This document shows positions 28,001 through 37,707 of a stretch of 56,817 nucleotides of DNA, piece after piece. Position 1 is the first letter of the stretch, and each line of letters opens with the position of its first letter. The position numbers and the translations under genes are program-made. Source of the stretch: a virus (taxonomy: Duplodnaviria; Caudoviricetes); the IMG/VR virus record IMGVR_UViG_3300046822_000346, positions 1 through 56,817 of that record; one strand, written 5' to 3'. The notes beneath the pieces are model-generated. The model searched no databases. It had not been told where the DNA came from and saw nothing but the letters and a program-made list of their open reading frames with translations.

Positions 28001-28476
28001 ACACCGTAGTTCGTAGAATTGGCACGCATTGCCACAATCAGATATGTGCCAGTCCAGACAATCGAGCCTAGCATGAAACCGCCATTGAAGCTGCCTAACG
28101 AGATGGCGGTACCGGTATTGTCCCAGGACCAGGAGGATCCACTGGCAGTATAGGTTGCATGCGCGACGTTGATCGAGGCTGTGCTATCGTTAGACGCGTA
28201 GACCACCCAGACGTCATCAGATGTGGTGCCATTATGCTTGACATAGATATCGGCTACGACACTGGAGGAGGACCCGATCGACAGGGCCTGAGATAGCGCC
28301 GTCATGGTAGGCGAGCCGCCAGACGGATTGGTAATTTGAACCAGCTTAGCGGACGTACTGCCGTCGTAGTACGCTGTGATCATGGATCCATCGCAGAGCT
28401 TGGCAATATGACGTTGCGCGCCGTAACCGAGAGCGGTCAGGGAGGTGGACGTTGCCACTTGAAACGGTGCGGGCAT
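25012..28476 (-). CDS. large tail fibre / receptor-binding protein
   Basis: 1154 aa, rich in Ser/Thr/Gly; beta-rich N-terminus; C-terminal ATLHGQG-type repeats. Confidence 0.7.
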   Translation of the reverse strand: MPAPFQVATSTSLTALGYGAQRHIAKLCDGSMITAYYDGSTSAKLVQITNPSGGSPTMTALSQALSIGSSSSVVADIYVKHNGTTSDDVWVVYASNDSTASINVAHATYTASGSSWSWDNTGTAISLGSFNGGFMLGSIVWTGTYLIVAMRANSTNYGVIVSYTTTKAGNSGWTALAILDGGNLGSHCYPLLRHDDVNGCTIAVYSLHNDTLYARVLPDSSSPAIANWSAATNLTGATAINVGSAILSAAIDTANKRIHVVYANALVSTNPYYVTVTYTTTTLGTPSTPLSLDSGAAAALQPAIALDSQATPKVYIFWATGVQGAASDVEYVTLVSPYTSASGVTNLTGNTANDNAFPHVVVNDALSGYVPLLYQRSASSPYALEFDNTITLASTYTGAATITGQGDITAAGSISGIGGGIIPGHGKISGAGIQIIAGAATIRGHGNFEAIMYLPGTGIGDLAVSTRSQTWANSTNGAGSGTETDVIYTDGSGGGWSMGLIPTYGGMPISSWYEVDGNAFSNNQHTLATTLSGGGIHLHEQIANGTFGGSEDFPFTMTELGPTGTGYRRYYQCSFGPDEDGFNWVGYACIYPGDPGLIAYRFDMVNPSASPVSMASSDAIEIALIGSLQQVDATWQTANGGYGTLAGTDQTPWPSGLTTIDPDYAYMVPAAGSGIAIGWVTAKQKAVSAYSAPVWSSAQVQYLQNATRLKLKVQASVASNTWPASVTQTVYLLRAMRRNLVAADARAIAADYIAPGTPSAATGTFIAFSYDEISYVYAAAAGSLLTTTLDLTPTHVTARYKPRFKITNWTGGFPIIKFNGAQLVAGQDFRYYNDSANTTLYVQLYFDVVATGAITGQRNNGSMVVVPGVLSGAVTIHGQGKLVASGAVTWNKAATLHGQGAMTAHETLVNIASAPFQSHGKLLATGATSYPRAATLHGQGKLLVTGVSLINYAPAIMIGQGRVLATAIAGLFRSATVVGQGRITATVFLTYNRTATLIGHGSLSVIGVSTWNRAATLHGQAGLVVSGVQVLAGAATFKSQGRVIAVNTLAQRGQVTFKAQARVTATQSLVNVASVTLPGHGALHATDVVLYLRIAHLPGRGFLVVGAVAHQTASVVFPGLGRPQATAPIASYIVSIIQTDSAPVVVIISDLEGS

Positions 28477-28527
28477 CGCAGTACTCCTAACAACTCTCGA
28501 TTACGACACGCCTGTGAACGCGCGAGA

Positions 28528-28953
28528 CTAAAGCTCTTGGATCACCAGGTTAGACGCTGGCAGGTTGAACGTCGCACCTGCTGCTACCACCTGCGAGCCG
28601 CCGGTCAAGTCGGCGTAAGCCAAGAGGTTTCCGACAGTCGCGGCATCGTACAGTGCCACACCCACCACGGTGCAAGATGGCATATTGTTGAAGGAGATCT
28701 GGCTGCTGTTGTTGGTCTGCTCAATCGCCGAGAGACCCGAGCCGGACGTGGACGCTGCTGGTAGCCCCGCATTGGCAACTGCCTGGCGCGCATAGGAGCC
28801 GCCTGTGCACTCGACCAGCGAGGTGCCGTCACGCGCCGTCGGAGCCGTGGTCACCAATGCCACGTACACATTGGCGAGCGCGGTCGGATACGCCACTCCG
28901 CGAAACCAGTTGACCCGGGCGTCCTGGAGATACTTGGATACGAAAGCTGACAT
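28528..28953 (-). CDS. tail-fibre-associated virion protein
   Basis: YVAL.T..P...E..GGSYARQ...LYDAAT.GNLL motif common in phage tail proteins. Confidence 0.7.
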   Translation of the reverse strand: MSAFVSKYLQDARVNWFRGVAYPTALANVYVALVTTAPTARDGTSLVECTGGSYARQAVANAGLPAASTSGSGLSAIEQTNNSSQISFNNMPSCTVVGVALYDAATVGNLLAYADLTGGSQVVAAGATFNLPASNLVIQEL

Positions 28954-28962
28954 CTAACACTC

Positions 28963-30036
28963 CTAGCTAGGCTGCGTCCACGATCCTGCGCGCTCGTACT
29001 CATTTTGGGTTTGTTGTACCCAATGGCCCAAACGCCAGGTGAAGCTGCCTTGGGCAAACGCCCAACCCGGCCCTGCGGCCGCACGCCAGATACGGCGTGT
29101 TACTACGGTCAAGGCAAACGAAGCGGATCCGTGGTTAGTACTAACTACCACGGGACCGGTTGTAGCACCCGCGGGCACGACAGCGGTCACAGTATTGTTA
29201 TTGATAACGTTGTACGACGTTGCGGTGACGCCGTTGAACGTGACACTGGTCACGGTACCATCAGTGAACCCGCTACCACCAAGGGTAACCGTTTGGCTGA
29301 CCCCAGCCGTCGAAGGACTGATACTCGAGATGCTCGGCGGACCCTCGGTGAACCCGATAGACGCCGTGCCATGATCAGAGGTCACTACAATGTTGCCAGT
29401 AGTGAACCCATTGGGAATGACGACGTTCATGTGTCCGTCGTCGACAGGTACAAAGGAGGCGCCGATACCGTTGACAGTGACGCCGGTAATGTTGCCGCCA
29501 GTAAAACCTACGCCGACAAGTGTGACTGTTTGGCCTGCAACTGCTGGATTAGGTGATACACTGCTAATCGAGAGCGGATCGAGCCACTGCAGATAATAGC
29601 CGATACCGCCTTGAATGAACGGAGAGCCGGGAGTGGCGAACCCTGTCGAGTCTGTCGGGATACCACCAACCGAGCCGCCTTTCCAATTGCCCCCACTGTA
29701 CACGCCGAAGTGCTGTGTACCCCCACCGAAAATCCAGCCCCCACCGACTGATTGGCCCGCGGAACGGAACACCGGCGTGATAAGATTCTGGCCATACCAG
29801 GTAAGTCCGCCGACGGTGGCAACGTTGCTATACCCCAGTACATGCCCGCCGTTGTCAAACAAGATCCAACGCGCCGGACCCGTACCGCTATTAGCTCCGA
29901 ACCAAGCCGCTACCCACGAGACATACCCGTTGGCCGGCATTGCCAAATAGCCAGTTGGGGCGATCTCGTCGTGGGCTGCATCCACGTTTGATCCAAACGT
30001 GGGCGCGGCTTGGTTGCCCAGAGTGTGTACGGCCAT
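28963..30036 (-). CDS. minor tail protein with two IPT/TIG domains
   Basis: Two SISS.SP....GQTVTL.G.GF...V..NG...VP.G.TTG repeats. Confidence 0.75.
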   Translation of the reverse strand: MAVHTLGNQAAPTFGSNVDAAHDEIAPTGYLAMPANGYVSWVAAWFGANSGTGPARWILFDNGGHVLGYSNVATVGGLTWYGQNLITPVFRSAGQSVGGGWIFGGGTQHFGVYSGGNWKGGSVGGIPTDSTGFATPGSPFIQGGIGYYLQWLDPLSISSVSPNPAVAGQTVTLVGVGFTGGNITGVTVNGIGASFVPVDDGHMNVVIPNGFTTGNIVVTSDHGTASIGFTEGPPSISSISPSTAGVSQTVTLGGSGFTDGTVTSVTFNGVTATSYNVINNNTVTAVVPAGATTGPVVVSTNHGSASFALTVVTRRIWRAAAGPGWAFAQGSFTWRLGHWVQQTQNEYERAGSWTQPS

Positions 30037-30465
30037 TTATACCTTCACCCATTCGTCACACTCTTGCATTGTGGCGTACGTCGAAGGATCGGCAGTTCCG
30101 AAGAACCGCCGCACTTCCCGGATGGTTCCAAGACCGCCGTCGTAGACAAGGTTGGTCGAGATCCCCGCCGGATACCAAAGTGCTACGTTACGACTATCAG
30201 TCGCGTCCCACAGCACGATGGCTCCATCAGTACGGATGAGGAACTGGTAATGCTTGCCGTCAGTGGCATTGAGATCTAGCACCACCTTATTCGCTCCGCC
30301 CAACGCCAACGCAGTCTTCAACGCTGCAGTCATAGTGCTAGTGCCGTCGTTGGCAACAGCATTGGAGATGCCAAGATCCATCTGGTTCAGGTTTGCGGCA
30401 TCGAGTGGAGTGTCACCACCCGGGTTGCCCGAGCCATCTTTCCAGTTGACTCGTGTGTAGCCCAT
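30037..30465 (-). CDS. minor tail protein
   Basis: YTRVNW.D...TPLDAANLNQMD.GI motif. Confidence 0.7.
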   Translation of the reverse strand: MGYTRVNWKDGSGNPGGDTPLDAANLNQMDLGISNAVANDGTSTMTAALKTALALGGANKVVLDLNATDGKHYQFLIRTDGAIVLWDATDSRNVALWYPAGISTNLVYDGGLGTIREVRRFFGTADPSTYATMQECDEWVKV

Positions 30466-30478
30466 GGAACACTCCTAC

Positions 30479-31096
30479 TCAACTAAAGGTGTCAGTGCGG
30501 TCGATCTCTAGACTCTCCAGCGCGGTCTTCGCATGATTGTATAATACATGCGCAACCAGCGTACCGGAACCGGGAGTAGCAGAAGCATTTGGCCCGGCAA
30601 ACCATCCGATTTCCTGAATAGTAAAGTTTGTCCCGGTACCCCCGGAAGAACAGGCCTCAGACGGCGCAATGTACGTGGTGGTAGTCAGCCCATTGGCGCC
30701 CACTGCGAACTGGGTGGTAATCTGTTTGCGAAACTGTTCGGTGGTTAAGATCGTGTCGCTGGTAGCCGGAGTAGTAGCGCCACTACCCAGGGCGCCGTAC
30801 CCAATGGCTCCGTCCGCGGTGTTCCCCGCCAGCACGTCGCGAATCATGGTTCGCGCCACATCGCAGATCGTGTTGGGGAACTCCTCGACAGCTATCACCG
30901 CGCCGGCGAGGTCCCGATGGGTCACCTTGATCTGACCGCGCCAGCGCCACGTCTCTGCAAAGTGTATGACCTCGGCAATGAGTTTCTCTTCGTCCGGAAA
31001 GGCTTTGAGATCTCGCAGTGTGGGCCCTAGCTCTGGGAAGGCCTGTCCTAGATAGTGACGCAGAAAACTGCGTAGGGTAGGTGGTTCGTCCGTCAT
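30479..31096 (-). CDS. minor tail protein
   Basis: ALGSG.T.P..SDT.L..E.FRK...IQEIGWF pattern; AGGAG RBS. Confidence 0.7.
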   Translation of the reverse strand: MTDEPPTLRSFLRHYLGQAFPELGPTLRDLKAFPDEEKLIAEVIHFAETWRWRGQIKVTHRDLAGAVIAVEEFPNTICDVARTMIRDVLAGNTADGAIGYGALGSGATTPATSDTILTTEQFRKQITTQFAVGANGLTTTTYIAPSEACSSGGTGTNFTIQEIGWFAGPNASATPGSGTLVAHVLYNHAKTALESLEIDRTDTFS

Positions 31097-31106
31097 CTGA
31101 ATTCTC

Positions 31107-33083
31107 CTAGCACGGATACACTGTAGCACCGGGATACAACGTTGCGCCGGGGAAGTGACAAGCCTGGACAGTCACCGTAAAGCTATCTGTCCAGGTCCAA
31201 GTCTCCGGAAAAGTTTGTAGCAGTGCCACCGTGTTCGTCCCTGTGGTGACGACGTTATCGGAAGCCGCGCTTGCCACCATCTGGGACATGACATCAAAGA
31301 TCTTAGCCCATGAACCGTCTACCGGCCCGAGAATAGCGGTTACCGCGAAATAAGCGGTGTTATCCACTTCCGTGGTGATCACGGTCTCGATGAGCATCTG
31401 GACGTTGTTGAGCCCGTGCTCGACTATGGTCACAGTTAGTACTTGCCCGGCGGCCAAGCCATCTGTGGTGGTGCTAAACTCCAACTTTTTGGCTATCATA
31501 CCATACTTGTTGAGCTGCGCATTACAGAGTTCGAAGGCCGCAGTGGAGCTACTCACCTGGCGGGACGTGATCACCGCCTCAACGATGCCGGTGCCAAAAC
31601 CTTCGACGGATTGGCGCGAGGAAATCTCGGACTGGTTGTTTACCACGGCGACTGTCGGGAACTCACCTTGGTACTGTACCTGGAGCGTGTCAGTGTTGAT
31701 AAGTTTGGTGGCACTGATGTCCTGGGAGATGACTGCATCCCCTTTGCTCCAGTAGAAGTCTTTGCCAGTACTGACACCTTTGATTCCGACGGTTTTGGTT
31801 ACGCCGTTCACCTTGATCGTAGGTACCTTCGCCAGCGGAAACGCCATAGCCCAAGCTTGCGTGTTTCCATCGCCGACACGCGTCTCGGTCTGCGTGGCAG
31901 TGGTATTGACCCCGCCCAGCGCGTACTGCGTATTACGATAAGTTGGGTTACCATCGGTAACCTTAATGGTCGCTTCTAGTAAGTTTAGGTAAGTCTGGGT
32001 GGTGACATCTTTGGAGATGCTCCAGGGAGCAGCTCGCAGGGTGTACTGCTGGAAGTAGAGTATGCGCCAGGCATCGATCCACCAAGTGAACCCTGTCTTA
32101 GCGGAAATCTGGTCCAACGATACTGCCACGGTAATGTAGTTGCACACTTGCTCCGTGAGTAGATTACCCTGTTGTACCGTGGTATTGGTTACCCCATGTT
32201 GTCCAAGCTGCCAAGCCGATGCAGCCGCATCGGTTTCGATCTGGACGGCTCCGATCCAGATGGTGGTTGTCTGGCCGGTCACCGTGCCAGTCTCGACCAT
32301 GACCCCATAGCCCGTGGCCGTAATGGTGCCAGGTGTGGTAAACGTGGCTGAGACTCGTTGCCATTTATTAGTAAGGGTAATAGCCTGTTGCGTGGTAACT
32401 GTCTGAGAGGGTCCCGACTGCCACGCGGAGAACTTCACGGCCAAGTTGCCCGCTGCCGTGAGCGGGCCGCGGATATAAGCGCTGACCGTGTACTGAGTAC
32501 TAGCCGAAAAAACGCCCGAGATCGGCACAATCATCTGCACGCCTTGGTGATTAGTCGACCCGCTGCAGAACGCCTTACACGCCGCACGCCCGACGATAGA
32601 GGTGGCCGTGTCCTGAGTCAGGGTAGCAGTACCAAAGGTTGCAAAGGCGCTAATGTCTACATCGGGATTGGATTGGTTAGGGGTACAACGATTAGTGGTA
32701 TCGAAGCTGGCCTCAACCCCTTCGCCGAACAGATACGTGTTGTACAGATCCTGCACCATGGCCCCAGCGGTCAAGCTGACATAAGACTTGGCCGCAGTGC
32801 GTTTGTCGGCACGATAGTGATTATCGGAACACGTGCACGTGGTGAGCAATACCCCTGAACCGGGCACCTTCTGTTCCGCGGGCTGCTCCAGTTGGCCGCT
32901 AAAGCGCAGTACGCTGTTGACCCAGACCTCGACAGGTTGCCCTTTGAGATAGTGGGACGTGCCGGCAGTATCTACAATCACAAAGTTAGCCGTCGTCCGC
33001 TCCTCAACCCGATCTTCGATGCGGAGGGAGGCGCTGGCGAAGCCCACTGAGGCGTTGGAGATCAATACCGAAGCCGTTGACAC
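31107..33083 (-). CDS. baseplate hub / Tal-like tail protein with an inserted carbohydrate-binding module
   Basis: Follows the tape measure; YTVSAYIR...WQRVSATFT...QIE CBM-like insert. Confidence 0.7.
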   Translation of the reverse strand: MSTASVLISNASVGFASASLRIEDRVEERTTANFVIVDTAGTSHYLKGQPVEVWVNSVLRFSGQLEQPAEQKVPGSGVLLTTCTCSDNHYRADKRTAAKSYVSLTAGAMVQDLYNTYLFGEGVEASFDTTNRCTPNQSNPDVDISAFATFGTATLTQDTATSIVGRAACKAFCSGSTNHQGVQMIVPISGVFSASTQYTVSAYIRGPLTAAGNLAVKFSAWQSGPSQTVTTQQAITLTNKWQRVSATFTTPGTITATGYGVMVETGTVTGQTTTIWIGAVQIETDAAASAWQLGQHGVTNTTVQQGNLLTEQVCNYITVAVSLDQISAKTGFTWWIDAWRILYFQQYTLRAAPWSISKDVTTQTYLNLLEATIKVTDGNPTYRNTQYALGGVNTTATQTETRVGDGNTQAWAMAFPLAKVPTIKVNGVTKTVGIKGVSTGKDFYWSKGDAVISQDISATKLINTDTLQVQYQGEFPTVAVVNNQSEISSRQSVEGFGTGIVEAVITSRQVSSSTAAFELCNAQLNKYGMIAKKLEFSTTTDGLAAGQVLTVTIVEHGLNNVQMLIETVITTEVDNTAYFAVTAILGPVDGSWAKIFDVMSQMVASAASDNVVTTGTNTVALLQTFPETWTWTDSFTVTVQACHFPGATLYPGATVYPC

Positions 33084-33092
33084 GCTGTGCTC

Positions 33093-35315
33093 CTAGAACT
33101 TGAGACCGAGTCTCACGCGCAACTCATCCGCCAGAGGTTGCCCAAGATACTGTACCATCTGTTGTCCATCAGGCATCTGGAAGATAATGGTCAGCGGGCG
33201 CCCTCCACCACTGCCACTGCCGCTCAACGCGTCTCCGCTCGGTACAGCTCCCGTGATGGTAGGACTGCCCATGGCCGTAATGGCCCCTGCCATGTGGTCG
33301 GAGACCTGACTTGCCACGTCCACCCCTTGTACGCCTTGGATCAGGCCCAACGAGATATTGGTACCGATAGCCGCAAATTCCGTAGAGGGCGAATGGATCC
33401 CGAAGACGCCCTTCACCGCCGAGAGAGCGTTGGAGGCCATGCTCTTGAGACTGCTGAGGAACTTGGAAGCACCTTCGGTAACAGCACTGGTAAGCGCGTT
33501 CATGATATTGCTTCCTGCGCCCTTAAAACCATTGAACATAGTCCCGAACCACTCTTGCACGGAGCCCCAGATAATTTGGAGCACTCCGCCTAGGATCTTT
33601 TCTATACCCTGCCAGATACCAGAAAACATATTCTGCATATCTTGCCAAGCACCGCTCCAGTTGCCCGAGATAATGTCGAGCCAGAAGAGAAACGTGTTCG
33701 AAAGGATCGACCAGGCGATCTGGATAATGCCCTGGATGATCGACCATACACCTGCGAATACCTCTTCCATGCCGGGCCACACAGCATTCCACAGAGGCTG
33801 AATAAACGCCACCATGGTCTGAATGGCGGCGCCTACTCTTTTCATCGCGGGTTCAAGTTTCTCGGACAGCTGTCCCGAGAACTTATTGACGCCATCCGAG
33901 GCTTGCTGCACCACCGGAGCCATCGCCTTGAGAGCGGCTCCGACTTGGTCGGCGATCCAGCCATAGAGTTGGGTCAGGATCGGGATCAGCACCTGTAGCA
34001 CTGGAGCCAAGCCAGTGGCGATTCCCACTGCCACCGACAAGATAGCATTGGCGAGACTCAACACTGGCGGCAAGATCTGCGCCACTCCATCGTACAAGTT
34101 GATGATATGCGGTAGCAGGGCTATGAAGGCCGGGATAATTGTCCCCGTAAATAAACCACCGAGCGTGGAGATAAGCGGGGCCAGCGTGCCTAGAGCCTGG
34201 TTCAACCCGTCCATGATCGCCGCCGCAATGTTCGCCACGATCGGGGCTAATTGATTGAAGTCATTCTGGAGGTCAGTTACAATCCCGGATATCTGGTTTC
34301 CCGAAGGTATGAAAGCCTCCAAAGCTGGCACTACTTGGTTCATGAACGTGGAGCCGATACCGTCCGCGTGGGCCTCTAGGTTGGACAGGATACCGGCAAA
34401 GGGGCCTACGGTGAGTGAGACCTGCGAGAACAGAGGTCCGATCTGCTTGAGCCACCCACCTACCACATCGAACGCATCCGCCAGGCCCGTACCTATAATC
34501 CCCACCAGCGGCATGGCAGCAGTCACTAGTTGCGTGAAGACGGGGATGACCGCATTGCCTATTTTCTCTTCGACAATAGACAGGTTGTTGTGCAGGATAG
34601 CTAAGGCACCTGCCATAGTCTTACCGGCGCCCTGCGCACTATTGCCAAACTCCTTGTTCAGCTCTTTGAGGATGATGGCCTGCGCTCCGGCCATATTGCC
34701 CGACTTCTCGAAGTTGGCGATCTGCTTCTTCTGGGTGGCATCGAACGTGACGCCAATACGCTGCAGCGCCGACATGCCCTTTTGCGGATCGTTCAGCGCC
34801 TTGCCCAATTGGATAGCCGCGGACTTGGTATCCTCTCCCATCGCTTGCGCCACGTTGAGCACGGCAGTAGTGGCCTGGGGAAATACGTTGCCCTTGATAT
34901 TGGTAAACGTGAGGAGCATGTTCTCGGTGCTTGCAATCGTGTCATCGGAGAACATGGTGAGGCGCGAGTACTTCTCGGCAAGATCGTCGATCGAGGTAGC
35001 TGTCTGGCCCGCCGCACCGCCTGTGGACTTGATCACATCCGCGGTTTGCTGCTGGACCAGCTCGTGCTGTTTGGTAACGTCGATCGTATCCTTGATCGCG
35101 TTCTGGATACCGACAAAAGCATAACTGACGGCTTGGGAGACCAAGGTAAACTTGGCCATACCCATCATGCCGCCCATGAGCCCACTCTGCGTATCGTGTG
35201 CCGCGGCCGCCTCGGCTCCGAACTCTTCGGTCTTAGTGGCTGCCGATGCCATCTGGGCCGCGTATGCCGTTGCGTCGGCGGAGATCCGCACGAGCAGCTC
35301 GCCTAGCAGCGGCAT
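33093..35315 (-). CDS. tape measure protein
   Basis: LGKALNDP..G..AL.R.G motif; Trp/Phe-periodic C-terminus; GIHSPS. Confidence 0.92.
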   Translation of the reverse strand: MPLLGELLVRISADATAYAAQMASAATKTEEFGAEAAAAHDTQSGLMGGMMGMAKFTLVSQAVSYAFVGIQNAIKDTIDVTKQHELVQQQTADVIKSTGGAAGQTATSIDDLAEKYSRLTMFSDDTIASTENMLLTFTNIKGNVFPQATTAVLNVAQAMGEDTKSAAIQLGKALNDPQKGMSALQRIGVTFDATQKKQIANFEKSGNMAGAQAIILKELNKEFGNSAQGAGKTMAGALAILHNNLSIVEEKIGNAVIPVFTQLVTAAMPLVGIIGTGLADAFDVVGGWLKQIGPLFSQVSLTVGPFAGILSNLEAHADGIGSTFMNQVVPALEAFIPSGNQISGIVTDLQNDFNQLAPIVANIAAAIMDGLNQALGTLAPLISTLGGLFTGTIIPAFIALLPHIINLYDGVAQILPPVLSLANAILSVAVGIATGLAPVLQVLIPILTQLYGWIADQVGAALKAMAPVVQQASDGVNKFSGQLSEKLEPAMKRVGAAIQTMVAFIQPLWNAVWPGMEEVFAGVWSIIQGIIQIAWSILSNTFLFWLDIISGNWSGAWQDMQNMFSGIWQGIEKILGGVLQIIWGSVQEWFGTMFNGFKGAGSNIMNALTSAVTEGASKFLSSLKSMASNALSAVKGVFGIHSPSTEFAAIGTNISLGLIQGVQGVDVASQVSDHMAGAITAMGSPTITGAVPSGDALSGSGSGGGRPLTIIFQMPDGQQMVQYLGQPLADELRVRLGLKF

Positions 35316-35318
35316 ACA

Positions 35319-35497
35319 TCACCTACCCTTGTTGGCATCTTTGCGCTCTTGGGCCCAGATTTCCCAGAGAGCCATCCACTCGACAACATCCTCGCCAGAC
35401 ATTTCTCGGAGCATGTCACGCCAATTGGCATATCCGAGTTTCGCCGCCAACTCTAGATAGAAGCGGTGGGTTCCGTCGGCGAGGATTCGTCTTTTGC
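35319..35497 (-). CDS. tail assembly chaperone, -1 frameshift extension (G-T type)
   Basis: -1 frame reads KRRILADGTHRFYLELAAKLG..RDMLREMS..VVEWMA; GCAAAAG at 35491-35497. Confidence 0.7.
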
Positions 35498-35869
35498 ATC
35501 TTTGAGCGAGTCCTCGGACAGCCCGTTGAGCCGCACGCCGACTTGAGCGACGCGCTCCAACGCCTTACCCGAGAGCTTGTTCAATGCATCAACATCCGAG
35601 CGCGTGAAGATCGGCTCACGTGTTTCCGGGTGCCTGGCGCACTCCACCATGATCAGCGGATACATGCGGACCGAGTCCATCTTGCCCGTGAGTTTGTTCA
35701 GGCTCGCGTTGAGCAGTTGAGATCGGTCGTAGGCGTTGAGACCCACCATCAGAAATGTGATCCCGCCCCATTCGGGGACAGTGACCAATTCCTCGGGCAT
35801 GTTCTGCTGTTCCAGAATCATGCGCCGCAGGTCGGCTGCGGACGGCCCTACCGGCTGGGGCGAAGACAT
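35453..35869 (-). CDS. tail assembly chaperone
   Basis: V.VPEWGG motif; lies between tail tube and tape measure. Confidence 0.85.
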   Translation of the reverse strand: MSSPQPVGPSAADLRRMILEQQNMPEELVTVPEWGGITFLMVGLNAYDRSQLLNASLNKLTGKMDSVRMYPLIMVECARHPETREPIFTRSDVDALNKLSGKALERVAQVGVRLNGLSEDSLKDAKDESSPTEPTASI

Positions 35870-35878
35870 GTTGCACTC

Positions 35879-36505
35879 CTAGAGATAGTAGAGAGCAGAG
35901 TCCAGATCGAGATCTACATCCTCGGTCGGGATCGCCTCTTCCGAGTTCTTGATCTGGTCCTGCTTAAAGCGGACGTATCCCTCGTAGCGGTGACCAGAAA
36001 CAGTGTCCACATAGAGGGACGCGATAAAGGGCACCCCCATACTCTGGACGAAATACAGGTCTAGGTACAGGCGGCTGAACTTGACACTCGCGTCGTGAAT
36101 TCCGGGGCGCTGCTGTTTCCACAACCCGCCGAACACCGTAGCCTTGTTTAAACTGGTGGTGGTAGTTAACTCCCAATCCACGCCCGAGCCGCATTGGCTG
36201 ACTGTGAAGTAGGCGCCGACAGAAGCCCGTACTTGAGTGCCGCCTGCTTGAGCTGCAGTGAACGTTACCTTGCCGCCCACGTACTGGAGCGTGTAGTTAC
36301 TAGTTGCCACTGTAGACCATGTGACGCCGTCGGGGCTGGTCTGGATCGTGACGGCAGTATTTTCGTCCCAGTACCTATGCGTGTCTGAACTCGAGAGACC
36401 ATACGTGGCATGATCCCCCGAGTCCGTCAGCGCGAGATTGGTGAATGGAACAGGACTACCAGTTGCCACGTAAAAGTCGGCAGTAGCTCCTTTGAAGGTC
36501 GTCAC
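35879..36505 (-). CDS. second tail-tube-like protein with an inserted domain
   Basis: DWELT..LNK.T.FG..WK..PGI similar to 36517-36909. Confidence 0.65.
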   Translation of the reverse strand: MTTFKGATADFYVATGSPVPFTNLALTDSGDHATYGLSSSDTHRYWDENTAVTIQTSPDGVTWSTVATSNYTLQYVGGKVTFTAAQAGGTQVRASVGAYFTVSQCGSGVDWELTTTTSLNKATVFGGLWKQQRPGIHDASVKFSRLYLDLYFVQSMGVPFIASLYVDTVSGHRYEGYVRFKQDQIKNSEEAIPTEDVDLDLDSALYYL

Positions 36506-36516
36506 GCGCGCCTACC

Positions 36517-36909
36517 TTACACGGCTGTGAGAGTGCCGTCACCATCGAAATCGAAGTCTGCAGTGGCCACACCTTCGACTACCTGCTTGATCTGGATCTG
36601 CTTGATCCAGACCGAGCCGCTGTAGTGGTGGGTGCCGTCGATATCCAACTCCACCTGGACTAGCGCAGGTGTGCCGGTCATGACGGTCTGCAGAGTAGCC
36701 TGACCGTTGACATCGGTCATATCCCAGCGGCCGCCGAACTTTCCGGACCACTCACGAATACCGGAGGTTTGCGTCTTCCAAGCCTGTCCGAACTTGGTGA
36801 TCTTGTTGAGATTGTCAACAACCGTCAGTTCCCACTGGTCCATTTCGGCCACGGGAGTGGGGCTGGCCCCAACCTTGACGTTGCCGCTTGTGCCCACGAA
36901 CGTCGACAT
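36517..36909 (-). CDS. major tail tube protein
   Basis: WEL...T.FG..WK....GIREWSG...F.GDG.L. Confidence 0.8.
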   Translation of the reverse strand: MSTFVGTSGNVKVGASPTPVAEMDQWELTVVDNLNKITKFGQAWKTQTSGIREWSGKFGGRWDMTDVNGQATLQTVMTGTPALVQVELDIDGTHHYSGSVWIKQIQIKQVVEGVATADFDFDGDGTLTAV

Positions 36910-37352
36910 TAGAGCTCCTCCGCCCAGTACTGATACCGCACTTGCACGTGCCGTGATATACCATCTGGATCACGTGCTTGTACCATGTTGTCATACCGGA
37001 TGCCGATCAAAGACCACACACCGCCCGGTAATGGTAATGTGGCTTGAGTCTGCCGATGCAAGAGTGCATTGAGGCGCCCGAGAATAGCAAGACTTTCTTG
37101 CCAGCTTAACTGGCGCGACCAGATATCAATCGTGAACGTGCCCTGGACAGATTGTCCATCGAACGTATCGTCCACCTTCTCCGTGGTCTGATCATTGAGC
37201 ACTACGTACGGGAATGTGGCATTCTCCGGTACCTCGTCATACACTCCAACCAGCCCGGCGGTTGTCCCAAGCAGGCTAACCAGGTTTGTGTCCGTCGTAA
37301 GAGTGGCAAATACTGTCTCCTGCAGAACCCACGCCGCCGTATCGTATGCCAT
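36909..37352 (-). CDS. tail terminator (DUF3168-like)
   Basis: VYDEVPENATFPYVV...IDIWS...DPDG..RH. Confidence 0.85.
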   Translation of the reverse strand: MAYDTAAWVLQETVFATLTTDTNLVSLLGTTAGLVGVYDEVPENATFPYVVLNDQTTEKVDDTFDGQSVQGTFTIDIWSRQLSWQESLAILGRLNALLHRQTQATLPLPGGVWSLIGIRYDNMVQARDPDGISRHVQVRYQYWAEEL

Positions 37353-37353
37353 C

Positions 37354-37707
37354 TTACACCCCGAACTCTAGGTTAATCTCGCTCGCCAAGGCATTAAGAC
37401 AAGCCTGAAAGTTCTTGTTCAAAGACGGGTAGATAAAAGGTTGTGCCCGCATCCGCAGCGTACCCATCTCTACATAGATAGCATATTCCACATCTGAGTA
37501 GATTTCACGGCTAAGCGGAGTGTCCCCGGCCCGAATGGCGATGCTTGCCCGTAAACGCCCGGTGAGTACCGGGGCCGCTTGTTTTGCGTCCTTTTGCACC
37601 AGGAGCGCGGCTCGATCCAACCCGCGCTGTGTGGCCGTAGTCATGCGCACCGAGGCTAGCTTAAAAGCCGCAGTTACCTCTGCGATACCTGCCACCAATA
37701 TGCTCAT
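37354..37707 (-). CDS. HK97 gp10-like neck protein
   Basis: APVLTGRLRASI, YAIYVEMGT, AQPF. Confidence 0.9.
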   Translation of the reverse strand: MSILVAGIAEVTAAFKLASVRMTTATQRGLDRAALLVQKDAKQAAPVLTGRLRASIAIRAGDTPLSREIYSDVEYAIYVEMGTLRMRAQPFIYPSLNKNFQACLNALASEINLEFGV

